From the NCBI GenBank assembly GCA_963699755.1, contig CAVOVB010000001.1, positions 288,001-352,000 of the forward strand: a stretch of 64,000 bases of DNA, read 5' to 3'. The stretch comes from an uncultured delta proteobacterium (GTDB taxonomy: Bacteria; Myxococcota_A; Polyangia; Polyangiales; Houyiibacteriaceae). Of the stretch, positions 47,986 to 57,680 are shown one piece after another. The position numbers and the translations under genes are program-made. The notes beneath the pieces are model-generated. The model ran no database searches and had not been told where the DNA came from. It saw only the letters and a list, made by a program, of their open reading frames with translations. Position 1 is the first letter of the stretch; each line of letters starts with the position of its first letter.

Positions 47986-50900
47986 TCAGTCCGAGCGGTC
48001 CAAGCTCGCTTCGCTTGCTGTCTGGTACCCAGGATCTCCTGGACTCTGGCGGGAAACGGCAGAGCGGGGATTTGCGGCACGATGTAGCAGGTACGGTGTG
48101 ATGGCCGCCGCCAGGAGAGACGCACCGGAAGGCGCGAGGACCTCATGGTGGCGCCCGGCAAGCCACTCGATACGGACCCCGTCTCGAACCAAGCGACCCC
48201 AGCCCAAGTCGGGTTCGTGTGGGCCTTCAAACGGATCGAGCTCCGTCCGGAAAAGCACGAGCTTCGCGGGGATCGTCTTCGGGCGATACTGCATGATCAA
48301 ATCGAGCTGGGCCTGCATGGAACTGAGATCGTCTTTCGAAAAATCCACCTGGGCGTGTCGAAAAAGCCCGCCGATGTCGTGGCGGTAGTGTCGTCCGAAC
48401 CAGCGAGCCGGAGCGCGGAGCGCGGCCTCGAGAACGCGCCCGGCCGACGCTTCGATCGAGCCTCTGTTTTCGCCAATCTCCCTCAGTCGCGCGGCCGTCG
48501 TCCGAGCCAAACGCCAAAGCCGCTTCGGACTCGTAAAGGGCGATGGAACGGGAATCGATGCAGGGGGCGTACCGTCCAATACCGCGAAGAAATCAACTTC
48601 GTGGCCGATCTCGAGGAGCTGCTCGGCGATGGCGAGAGCAACGATACCACCGGTCGAATACCCGGCAAGAGCATGAGGGCCTTCGGGCTGCGCCTTGAGA
48701 ATCAACTTGGCGTAGGTTTGCGCCATCGTATTAAGGCTGTCGCCCGCAACTTCGACATCGGTCAGACCCGGGGTCCGAAACCCATAGACTGGAATCATCG
48801 AGTCGAGGGCTTCGGCGAGATGGACGTAGTCCAGCGCAAGGCCGGTCACTCCAGGGGCGAGGAAAAGCGGCCGGACTGCTGGGTCTCCGGGCGCGAGCTG
48901 GACGATCGGCTCCTGACGCTCGACTTCGATGCCTTGACGGACCAACCGCGCAAGACCTTCCAAGGTGGGGTCGCGGAAGAACGCCTGCGCGTCGCATGAA
49001 CGGTTCAAGCGGCTCTCCACTTCGTTGAACAGCTGGACCACCAGTAGCGAATGTCCCCCAGCCTGGAAAAAGTTGATCGATGCGTCTGAGATCGGCTTCC
49101 CTAGCAGTCCAGTCCAGATCTCGGCGAGCTCCGTTTGGATCGGCTCATTCGGTGGGGCTGAGAGCTGGTCACCGAGCTGCGCGTCCTCGCTGAGGCGCGC
49201 GGCGGATAGGGCTTCGCGGTCAATCTTGCCAGCAGGAGTCTGCGGCAGCTCGTCAAGCGTCAGGATCCTCTTGGGGACCATGTGGCTTGGCAGCGCCCTC
49301 GAAAGACATTCGCGAATTCGGGGCAGGTCGACGAGATTGCGATCGCCGACGACGAAGCCGATGAGTGCTGCGTCTCCACCTCGATCTCTTCGTACCACGA
49401 CTGCGGCTTCGCTTACACCCGGGCATGACAACAGGTGTGCTTCCACTTCGCCGAGCTCTATACGAAAACCTCGCACCTTGACCTGCTGATCGACACGATC
49501 GACGTAAACATAGTTCCCGGCACTGGTCTGTCTCACGAGATCTCCGGTCGCGTACAAACGAGCGCCCTCGCGCCATGGGTGAGGGACGAAACGCTCGGCG
49601 GTCTTCTCCTTCTGCCCGAGATAACCGAGCGCGAGGGTGCAGCCCCCGATGTAGAGTTGTCCCACGACCCCTTGCGGAACCGGACGCATGTGATGGTCCA
49701 AGACGAAGTGGGAGACACCGCGGTGTGGACGTCCGATCGGCATCGCTGGATCCGGATCGCTTTGTCGATCATCATAGAAGGTGGACGTGATGGTGGTCTC
49801 AGTTGGACCATACGCGTTGATCCAGCGAATCCAATCGGTCCGAGCTTCACGAAAACGTTCATGGGCCTCGACAGAGGCCTGCTCTCCACCGACCACCAGC
49901 AAGCGAACGCACCGCGGCCAAGTCGCCTGCGCGCGGCTGTCCGTCAGCTTGTGCCAAAACGCGGTGGGCAGATTCAGGACCGTGAGCCGGTGTTGCTCCG
50001 CCGCGGCGAAGAAGCTCCGGCTCGTCTGCGCAAGCTCCCGATTTCGTAATACCAGCGTTGCGCCAGCGCAAAGCGTCGGAAAGATCTCTTCCAAGGAGAC
50101 ATCGAAGCTCAGCGCAGCAAACTGCAGAACGCGGTCCTTCGGAGTGAGTCGAAACACATCGACCGTCGTCATCGCATGATGGCTCAGAGCGCCATGGGTC
50201 AAACAGACCCCTTTTGGTATTCCCGTCGAACCTGATGTGTAGACGACGTAGGCGAGCGAGTCCGGGGCAACGGCCGGCGGGGCCGAGCTCGGGGGAGGCA
50301 CCTCCGGACTGAGCTGCTCGAGATCGACCACCGTCGCGCTGGTCCTCGGCATGCTCGAGCTCGCTCCGTTGACGAGAATGAACCTCGCTTTCGAATCATC
50401 GAGCATGAATGCGATCCGCTCGGGCGGATAGTCAGGATCGGCCAGCATGAAGGCCGCGTGCAGGTAGTGAGCTGCCAGCATGGCGACGACGGCCTCGATC
50501 GAGCGCGGGAGCAGCAAGGCCAGAAGGTCACCCTCCCTCACACCGCGCGCCTGGAGCGCGTGGGCCGTCGAGCGTATTCGCGATGCGAGCTCCGCATACG
50601 TCATCGAGCGACCATCCATCGCTTCGATCGCCGTGTGCGCTCCTCGAGCGTGCGCCTGATCGAGAATCCGCTGAAGCGCACTGATCTCCGGTGGTTCTTG
50701 CTCACGCTCGGCTTCTGCGGCGGTCAGTCTTTCATAGACCCCGCGGTCCAGCACTCGGAGGTCATGAAGCTGTGCGTCGGGATTGCATGCTACTTCAGAC
50801 AGCAAGCTCACGTAGTGCCGCAGGATTTGCTCGGCCTCGGCGGCAGAATACAGACCTGAATCGCGCTCGAGTTGCACGATGAGTGCCCCGGCCTCCATGA

Positions 50901-52074
50901 ACGTATAGAGGCAGAGCGGGTAGTTGGTGTGCGACCGTGACCAAACCTTGCGCGTCTTCCAGCGCTCGCTCAAGTCGCTGAGCCTGCCAGACAGACGCCC
51001 CGGTTCGAAGACGGTAAGGGTGCGGAACAATTCCTTCTTGCTGGATGCGCCAGTGGCAGCCTTGATCTGGTGAAGCGGGGTTTGCTGAAACGGGCGTCCC
51101 TCCAGGTGCTGTTGCCGGAGCGATCTCAGGGCTTCTTTGATCGATGGATCCCCGCTGAGATCCAATCGGATGGGAACGGTCGCGATGAAGAGTCCGACGG
51201 TTTGCTTCGCGCCTTCGATCGTCCCCGTTCGTCCCGACCAGGTGGTACCAAAGACGACGTCGTCTCGGCCCGCGTAGCGGGAAAGCAAGACGCCCCAAAC
51301 GAGCTGAGTCACCGTATTCAGACTGGCGCCGCATTCGTCTGCAAGTTTTTTCAAGCCCCGGCTCGTGGGGACATCGAGGCGTCGACGGTGTTCGACAACG
51401 TGCGAATCTCGAGATGCAATACGACTGTCGTTGCGAAGAGGGAGCTCGGTCGGCTCGGAGAATCCCTCCAAAAGGCGACGGAAGTGCTCCACGCCGGCCT
51501 GGGTATCCCGTTCGGCCGCCCATCGGATGAAATCAAAGTACGACGGCGCCGGACCGACAGGCTGAAGGTCGCCCTGATACGTCGAAAGCACGTACTCTAG
51601 CACCGAGGCGTAGGATCCACCGTCGATGAGGCAGTGGCGGACGGTCCATACGAAGCACCAGCGCGTATCGGACAACCTGAACACCGAAACTCGCATCAGC
51701 GGAGCGCGAAATAGATCGATACCTTCGCTCCGATCGCGATCAAAGAAGCTCGCAAGCATTTCGCGCTGCTCGGCTTCGGAGTGCTTTGTCCAGTCTTCGA
51801 GTCTGAATGGCAGGTCGACGCGCGGGCAAACCCTAACCAGCGGCTCATCGGGCTTGGGCCACTCGAACTCCAGGCGCAGCGCATCGAAGCGGTCGAGGGC
51901 GCTCTGCCATGCCGCTCGAAATCGCTCCGGATCGAGAGGATCCTCCAACTCGCAGACGACCTGCTCGATGTTGACCATACGCCCGCGAGCCAGGAGGCTT
52001 TCCGCCAGCATCCCCCTCTGCATCGGGGTGACCCTCAGGGCGACGGGCCGGTCGTGCTTCAATGCTCGCCCCAT
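47986..52074 (-). CDS. stand-alone monomodular NRPS (C-A-T-TE)
   Basis: C: TPMQRGML, RHCLIDG; A: YTSGSTGIPKG, NAYGPTE, LYATGD, QVKVRGFRIELGE; T: FFQAGGHSL; TE: GYSTG. Confidence 0.93.
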   Translation of the reverse strand: MGRALKHDRPVALRVTPMQRGMLAESLLARGRMVNIEQVVCELEDPLDPERFRAAWQSALDRFDALRLEFEWPKPDEPLVRVCPRVDLPFRLEDWTKHSEAEQREMLASFFDRDRSEGIDLFRAPLMRVSVFRLSDTRWCFVWTVRHCLIDGGSYASVLEYVLSTYQGDLQPVGPAPSYFDFIRWAAERDTQAGVEHFRRLLEGFSEPTELPLRNDSRIASRDSHVVEHRRRLDVPTSRGLKKLADECGASLNTVTQLVWGVLLSRYAGRDDVVFGTTWSGRTGTIEGAKQTVGLFIATVPIRLDLSGDPSIKEALRSLRQQHLEGRPFQQTPLHQIKAATGASSKKELFRTLTVFEPGRLSGRLSDLSERWKTRKVWSRSHTNYPLCLYTFMEAGALIVQLERDSGLYSAAEAEQILRHYVSLLSEVACNPDAQLHDLRVLDRGVYERLTAAEAEREQEPPEISALQRILDQAHARGAHTAIEAMDGRSMTYAELASRIRSTAHALQARGVREGDLLALLLPRSIEAVVAMLAAHYLHAAFMLADPDYPPERIAFMLDDSKARFILVNGASSSMPRTSATVVDLEQLSPEVPPPSSAPPAVAPDSLAYVVYTSGSTGIPKGVCLTHGALSHHAMTTVDVFRLTPKDRVLQFAALSFDVSLEEIFPTLCAGATLVLRNRELAQTSRSFFAAAEQHRLTVLNLPTAFWHKLTDSRAQATWPRCVRLLVVGGEQASVEAHERFREARTDWIRWINAYGPTETTITSTFYDDRQSDPDPAMPIGRPHRGVSHFVLDHHMRPVPQGVVGQLYIGGCTLALGYLGQKEKTAERFVPHPWREGARLYATGDLVRQTSAGNYVYVDRVDQQVKVRGFRIELGEVEAHLLSCPGVSEAAVVVRRDRGGDAALIGFVVGDRNLVDLPRIRECLSRALPSHMVPKRILTLDELPQTPAGKIDREALSAARLSEDAQLGDQLSAPPNEPIQTELAEIWTGLLGKPISDASINFFQAGGHSLLVVQLFNEVESRLNRSCDAQAFFRDPTLEGLARLVRQGIEVERQEPIVQLAPGDPAVRPLFLAPGVTGLALDYVHLAEALDSMIPVYGFRTPGLTDVEVAGDSLNTMAQTYAKLILKAQPEGPHALAGYSTGGIVALAIAEQLLEIGHEVDFFAVLDGTPPASIPVPSPFTSPKRLWRLARTTAARLREIGENRGSIEASAGRVLEAALRAPARWFGRHYRHDIGGLFRHAQVDFSKDDLSSMQAQLDLIMQYRPKTIPAKLVLFRTELDPFEGPHEPDLGWGRLVRDGVRIEWLAGRHHEVLAPSGASLLAAAITPYLLHRAANPRSAVSRQSPGDPGYQTASEASLDRSD

Positions 52075-52235
52075 CGCGGTCGAGTGTAGCCTCCAACGCT
52101 CAAAGGACCAGCTGAAACGGCGCCCACCGCCCTTAGTGTCATCGGGGCAAGATTGCCCGGGCACGCTCAGACGCAGGGCTAGTGTCCCTACAGTCGACGC
52201 GGGCACGGCATCTCAGATGGGTCGGGTTGTTGTGC

Positions 52236-54290
52236 TCAGATGCCATTGCCCGCGATCCCATCGCTCGCTTTGTAGTTCGTGACGGCCGCGTGCCGGAAGA
52301 AGTACTGGGTGGGAGATGGCGACCAGTTTGAGCTCCCAACCATGCCGAGGTGCGCATTGAATCTCGGAAACCCGTCGCGCCAGGTTTCAATGCCGGTTTG
52401 TTCCAGTGCCAGCACGCCATTGATGTAAACCCTCGAGAGGCCATCGGTTGCGCCTTGGCCCGATGACCGAACGTACTCGAGCTCCACTTCGACCCATTCA
52501 CCAAGAGGAACGGCGACAGTGCTGAGAACGCTGTCAGGCGTGGTGGAACCGAGCAACCGAAGCGCGGACCAATCTAAAAAGAGCTTCATCGTGCCCGCGC
52601 GATCGACCTCGAGGCTTGGCCAAAAATCCGCGAAGAGCGGGGCGCCCTCGTCCGTGGAAGGGGAAACGTCTAGGATCGACAGCCATGCCGAGCCGTCCCC
52701 GGTGAGCCTGTCCTCGAACAGGAACTCGGCGAACATGAAGATCGAGCCCTGATCCTCGAATTGCTTCTGTAGGTACGCATTGCGGTCGCGCCCGCCTCGA
52801 ATCAGTCGTCGCATGTCCGCGCTAGGTGCAACCGTTGCCTTCGAGTACCAGACCGGCTCTGTTCCCAACGGGTCGATTACCCTGTCGGTGGCCGGACCGG
52901 TCCAAATGTTGCAAGGGACGGGGGTTCCGATCGGCTGTTGGCAATAAGGGGATCCAGGGTACTGAGGCCGGCCCGACGGGGAGAAGTTGAAGCTTGGCGC
53001 GAAGAAGGCCCCGCTCTCGCTGCTCGCCCAAAAAACGAAGTCAGGCGGCGCTGCTCCAACGCCGGGGGCTAGGTCTTCCTCGTTCGCAGCGGTCCATCTC
53101 GTGTTGTCCCGAATCCAGTCTTCGAACGCCTCAACGCGCACCCAGGTTCCTTCAACACCCGGCGCACATTCACCGGAGCCCCGAGACGCAACGCCCGCAA
53201 TCCGGGGTTTGCCGTCAACGAACGCATAGAGCGGCCCGCCGGAGTCACCGCAACAAATGGATCCGCCTTCGATGAGGAAGCCACGAAATATTCTGTCTCC
53301 GAGCAGTGAGACGTATTGATTGCCTTCATACAACTCTTTGATCGGGCCAGCCCCGGCATTGTCGCCGTAACCGTGCGCGAGAAGCTCCGTGCACATCGGC
53401 GCCATCGAATCCGTATGCGGATAGGCGGCATAGGGCTCCGGCAGATCTACGCTCGTGTAAATCAGCATCAGGTCTGCGCCCGACTCTGATGTGCTTGCGG
53501 TTGGCGGATCGGCGGGTACCGGCCCCACGTCCGGGTGCAACCTGAAGCGATCGGACACGGCGATCACGGGCGCCGTGTCAAGTGGTTCCGTGTGGACATC
53601 GTGCCAATCGCTAGCCGGGTTCAGACAGTGCGCAGCGGTCAAGAGCGTGCGCGGGCTGATGATCGTTGCCGTGCACGAGCCGGAGGCGAGATTCATCCAC
53701 TCAACGCGGGCAGAGCTGATTCTATCCGATGCGATGGTGCATCCGCACATCCTGGGAACTGGACCACCTGCGGCGGGGTCCATCGCCCCCGCGCAGAAGA
53801 GGCCGGTGCCGGTCTGACCGCCGTCGCCTCCGATGCCACCTTCTCCGCCCTGGCCGCCTGTGCCGATCTGACCGCCGATTCCTCCAGTGCCACCTTCTCC
53901 GCCGTAGCCACCGGTGCCGGTCTGACCGCCGTCGCCTCCGATGCCACCTTCTCCGCCCTGGCCGCCTGTGCCGATCTGACCGCCGATTCCTCCAATGCCA
54001 CCTTCGCCGCCGTAGCCGCCGGTGCCGGTCTGACCGCCGTCGCCTCCAGTGCCACCTTCTCCGCCGTAGCCACCGGTGCCGGTCTGACCGCCGTCGCCTC
54101 CAGTGCCACCTTCTCCGCCCTGGCCGCTTATGCCACCCTCACCTCCGATGCCACCTCCGCCGCCGGTGCCGCCCTGACCGGCGATACCTCCGCTGCCGGC
54201 CGTTCCCCCGCTTCCACCGCTACCAGTGGTATCACCACACGCGACCAGGCCTAGCGCCAGCACGCACATCAATCCGCGCAAGTAACCCAT
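52236..54290 (-). CDS. lipoprotein with Gly linker, trypsin-like S1 protease and C-terminal beta-sandwich domain
   Basis: lipobox LVAC; TAAHC, ADLML, CGDSGGP; C-terminal GEWVEVEL..VYINGV (LamG/lyase-like). Confidence 0.88.
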   Translation of the reverse strand: MGYLRGLMCVLALGLVACGDTTGSGGSGGTAGSGGIAGQGGTGGGGGIGGEGGISGQGGEGGTGGDGGQTGTGGYGGEGGTGGDGGQTGTGGYGGEGGIGGIGGQIGTGGQGGEGGIGGDGGQTGTGGYGGEGGTGGIGGQIGTGGQGGEGGIGGDGGQTGTGLFCAGAMDPAAGGPVPRMCGCTIASDRISSARVEWMNLASGSCTATIISPRTLLTAAHCLNPASDWHDVHTEPLDTAPVIAVSDRFRLHPDVGPVPADPPTASTSESGADLMLIYTSVDLPEPYAAYPHTDSMAPMCTELLAHGYGDNAGAGPIKELYEGNQYVSLLGDRIFRGFLIEGGSICCGDSGGPLYAFVDGKPRIAGVASRGSGECAPGVEGTWVRVEAFEDWIRDNTRWTAANEEDLAPGVGAAPPDFVFWASSESGAFFAPSFNFSPSGRPQYPGSPYCQQPIGTPVPCNIWTGPATDRVIDPLGTEPVWYSKATVAPSADMRRLIRGGRDRNAYLQKQFEDQGSIFMFAEFLFEDRLTGDGSAWLSILDVSPSTDEGAPLFADFWPSLEVDRAGTMKLFLDWSALRLLGSTTPDSVLSTVAVPLGEWVEVELEYVRSSGQGATDGLSRVYINGVLALEQTGIETWRDGFPRFNAHLGMVGSSNWSPSPTQYFFRHAAVTNYKASDGIAGNGI
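53803..54126 (-). repeat. 54-bp tandem repeat x6 (GGEGG[T/I]GG[D/I]GGQ[T/I]GTGG[Y/Q])
   Basis: CTGACCGCCG recurs every 54 bp from 53814. Confidence 0.88.
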
Positions 54291-54580
54291 GAAGACCTTC
54301 CCGGGCGAAATCGCTCGCTCCAACCCTCGTCACATCAGTCAATTGGGGGTGCCAACGAGCGTGGGCAATACGTAATTGTTAACCAATGACTCATACGAGC
54401 TCTTTGCACCACGTGACCGCTCGAGAAAAGATCGCGCCAATCCTGCCCGCACGCGGCAGACCGCCGCCTCGAGCGCGGCTGATTCTCTATCAAAGCGTCG
54501 AGGCGATCGGCCCGAGCTCGGCGGCTAGCTGATCGAGCGGGCAGTCGGCTTGGGTGCAGGCATTCAATTTCACGGCGAGC

Positions 54581-55340
54581 TCACCCAGATGAGCGGCTGC
54601 GGCGCTCGGCAGCTCGCTTGCTTTGGAACCCTTGTTCGACGGTGTCACCGCCTCGTCCTTGGAGCAGCCGTTGCGCCCAATCGATCCCGGCCGGGCATTG
54701 TTGCTTCAAGTCCACCTGCTCGAAAGCGACGAGGCCGCCCACGGGCTCCCGGATCTGCGCTTCACTCGGCAAGATCCACTGGTACCGGCCGTAGTGCGAG
54801 ATGCTCGCGATCGCGGCGAGCATGTCGAGGTAGAGCCCGCCCATAGGCCCCACCGTGATGCCGCCTTCGCTCGTGTCGGATAGCGGGTAGCTGGCGATTA
54901 TGCTGCCATCCTGAGGTTTGATCGCGATGAGCCAGGTCTTCGGCGCGCGCGTGACCTTCCTTCCGAAAAAATTCATCGCGTAGCCGCCGAGGACCGTGGT
55001 CCAGATGAGATCCGGCGTGACGGACGCCACGCTATCGATGAAGCCAACCGGCTCGCCTTGCTCCAGCAAGCCAAGGCGCGTCCAGAGCGTGGGCAGGTGC
55101 TGCCCGACGAAGTCGTTGTAGTCGCGCTCCCGGCGTTTCTCGCCGCTCTCACCCGCTACGGCGACGAGGCGCTGGCCGCCGAGCAGATAGACCGTGTCGT
55201 CCGGACCTACAGAAGGCGAGCTTGAGGCGATTGTCGACCACGTCGATGCCGTGGAAGTGGCCTTCGCTTTCATCTTCGGCCGCGCCAATCACGTAGATTC
55301 GACCGGTGTCGGGGTGCATGGCAGGCGTGTTGGTGGTTTC
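54581..55340 (-). pseudogene. PQQ-type beta-propeller protein remnant
   Basis: NTPAMHPDTGRIYV in one frame; SSPSVGPDDTVY and SEGGITVGPMGGLY in another; no N-terminus. Confidence 0.55.
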
Positions 55341-55417
55341 GTGGAGGGAGCGAGGAGATCTGAACGGTCAGAAATCGACCGTGCAATTGAGTGGGAGCAT
55401 GCGGAGTCGGGGAACGC

Positions 55418-56191
55418 TCAGAAGCGTCCGCTCAACGAAAGGCCGCCGGCTTGGTGCGTGAAGATTGGGGTCACCTGAAGGGAGGCCTTTGTGACTTGCC
55501 CGCCCGCAGGCGGCAGCCCCGCCTCATAGCGTTCCCAAAGATCTCTTGGCGGAATGAACGATAGCCCGAAGCCGATGGCACCAATCGCCGTCAGCGTGCC
55601 CCCCACGCCGAATCCGAGCCGTCGTGCGAGGGTCGAAAGGTCGGCGGCCGATGTCAGGCCAATCAGTAAGCCCCCGCCGACGACGAGCCCGAGGCTGCCC
55701 CAACGACGCTGTCTCGTCTTCGTGTTCGCGCGAACCTTGAGAGAGTATCGAAGCTCACCTTCGAAGCGCGCTAGCTCGTCCTCGGTCATGCCTCGACCGG
55801 TCGTCTCGGTCCAACGCGCGTAGCGCTTCTCCGAAGGCGAGGGGATCGCGAGCAAGGTCACGCCCATCACGAGCGTCGCGCCACCGGCCACGGCAGCCAC
55901 GAAGCCGAACCCTTTGCTGAACTCGGTCCGCGGTGAATCGTCCAACAGGGCAACCGTTCCGAACGCAACGAGCAGACCCGAGCCGACGACCGCCAGGCTC
56001 CCGTTGAAGAAACGATTGCGCCGCCCCTCATCGTTGGTGTACAGGAGCCAACGATCGAGGTGGCCGATCTGGGCGTCGGACGCCTCAGGCGCAGCGCTCT
56101 GCGGGGCGACTCCCTGGGTCGCAAACTCCTGCGCGGAGGCCGACCCAGCAAGCAGTAGAAAGAAGCCCGCGCTGAGCGCCTTGACATGCAA
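55418..56191 (-). CDS. secreted/membrane protein with paired hydrophobic helices and C-terminal beta-hairpin
   Basis: signal peptide ASAQ; two repeats of Gly-rich hydrophobic helix pairs; ends QVTPIFTHQAGGLSLSGRF; start codon uncertain. Confidence 0.65.
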   Translation of the reverse strand: MHVKALSAGFFLLLAGSASAQEFATQGVAPQSAAPEASDAQIGHLDRWLLYTNDEGRRNRFFNGSLAVVGSGLLVAFGTVALLDDSPRTEFSKGFGFVAAVAGGATLVMGVTLLAIPSPSEKRYARWTETTGRGMTEDELARFEGELRYSLKVRANTKTRQRRWGSLGLVVGGGLLIGLTSAADLSTLARRLGFGVGGTLTAIGAIGFGLSFIPPRDLWERYEAGLPPAGGQVTKASLQVTPIFTHQAGGLSLSGRF

Positions 56192-56444
56192 GTTCCGCGT
56201 CGAGCTCCGACTATGAGCGGACACCATGAATCAACCAATGCCGAAATCTACGCATCGAGCCAAATGCTCGCAATCCATCGGTACGCACGCTCGAGGTTGA
56301 GCCGCCGAGGCCTGCGGTGTCAAGGACCCATGCGGACCGGCCAATCCTCGCAGATCGCCCACCACTGCATCCAACCTGATTCGTTATTGCGGATACCGCG
56401 AGCCTCGTCTACGGCCCAAGCGATTCATGCGCTAGGGAGCGGGG

Positions 56445-57680
56445 ATGCCAGAGGAACTCCAGAACGAGCCGGTCTTCCTGCTCATCATCAGCGGGCTCAT
56501 CGTCATCTCGATGTTGATCAAGTCGGGAGCACATAGTTTCCTACGCATCCCTCCCGTCGTTGGTTATATCGTCGTCGGAGCATTCCTTCATGTCGCGGAG
56601 GACTACTGGGGCTTCCTTCCGCCTGGAGCGGTCACGACGCTCGACTTCTTGGCCGCGCTCGGAGTGGCGGCATTGTTGTTTCACGTCGGTCTCAAGAGCA
56701 ACATCGAGACCCTGACCGAGCAGCTTCCGCGCGCCTCTCGCGTCTGGGCTTCGGATGTCGTCGTCTCCGTCGGGCTGGCCTTCGTCGTCGCCAGGCTGGT
56801 GGGGCTCGAGCTTTTGCCAGCCATGTTCGTAGCGGCTGCCTTGTCGGCGACTAGCGTGGGTATTTCCATCGTCGTCTGGGAGGACACCAAGCGCCTCAAG
56901 TCGCGCTTGGGGCAATTGCTGATCGACGTCGCGGAGTTGGACGATCTATCCGCGATCATGCTGATGCTCATCGTGGTGGCCATCGCTCCAATCCTCCAAC
57001 AGGGCGGAGAGCCCCGAGCTGTTCTGAGCGCGGCCTCCGGTGCATCCCTTCAGATGCTGCTCAAGTTGGCTGCCTTCGCCGGGTTGTGCTGGGTCCTCGC
57101 CAGATATGCGGAGGAACGATTCACGAGGTGGATGGACAGGGCCCTGCGTCCTCCAGATCGAATCCTGTCGATCGTGGGGGTGGGGTTTGGAATCGCAGCC
57201 CTGGCGGGCATCCTCGGCTTCTCGGTTGCAGTCGGCGCCTTGTTTGCCGGCGTGCTCTTCAGTCGTGACCCGAGGAGCGTTCGAGAGGAGGCGAGCTTCG
57301 AGCCCATTTACGCGCTCCTCACTCCGTTTTTCTTCATCGACGTGGGCTATGCCCTCGAAACGAGCTCGATGACACAGTCCTTGGTCTTGGGTCTATTCCT
57401 GTTCGTGCCAGCGGTCGTCGGAAAAGTCCTTGGAGTGGGGGTGCCGGTCGCTCGAGCATTCGGCGCTCGAGCTGGCGTGTTGCTGGGCGCCAGCATGATA
57501 CCTCGCGCAGAGATTGCTCTACTGGTCGCACGAACGGGCAATCGACTTGGCCCATGGGCTGTTCCCGATGCCCTGTATGGCGGCCTCGTCTGCGCGGTTG
57601 GGCTCGCTTCGATCGTTTCTCCGCTCATCGTGCAGCGCCTGCTGGAACGATGGGACGACGCATCCCTCGGTGAACCATGA
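56445..57680 (+). CDS. cation:proton antiporter (CPA2, Kef/NapA-like)
   Basis: LLFHVGL, SATSVGI, AELDDL, PFFF, MIPRAE; about 12 TM segments. Confidence 0.9.
   Translation: MPEELQNEPVFLLIISGLIVISMLIKSGAHSFLRIPPVVGYIVVGAFLHVAEDYWGFLPPGAVTTLDFLAALGVAALLFHVGLKSNIETLTEQLPRASRVWASDVVVSVGLAFVVARLVGLELLPAMFVAAALSATSVGISIVVWEDTKRLKSRLGQLLIDVAELDDLSAIMLMLIVVAIAPILQQGGEPRAVLSAASGASLQMLLKLAAFAGLCWVLARYAEERFTRWMDRALRPPDRILSIVGVGFGIAALAGILGFSVAVGALFAGVLFSRDPRSVREEASFEPIYALLTPFFFIDVGYALETSSMTQSLVLGLFLFVPAVVGKVLGVGVPVARAFGARAGVLLGASMIPRAEIALLVARTGNRLGPWAVPDALYGGLVCAVGLASIVSPLIVQRLLERWDDASLGEP

Noticed and set aside
54337..54356. Sigma54-like TTGGCAC upstream of the protease gene
   Set aside because: No GC at the required GG-N10 spacing.
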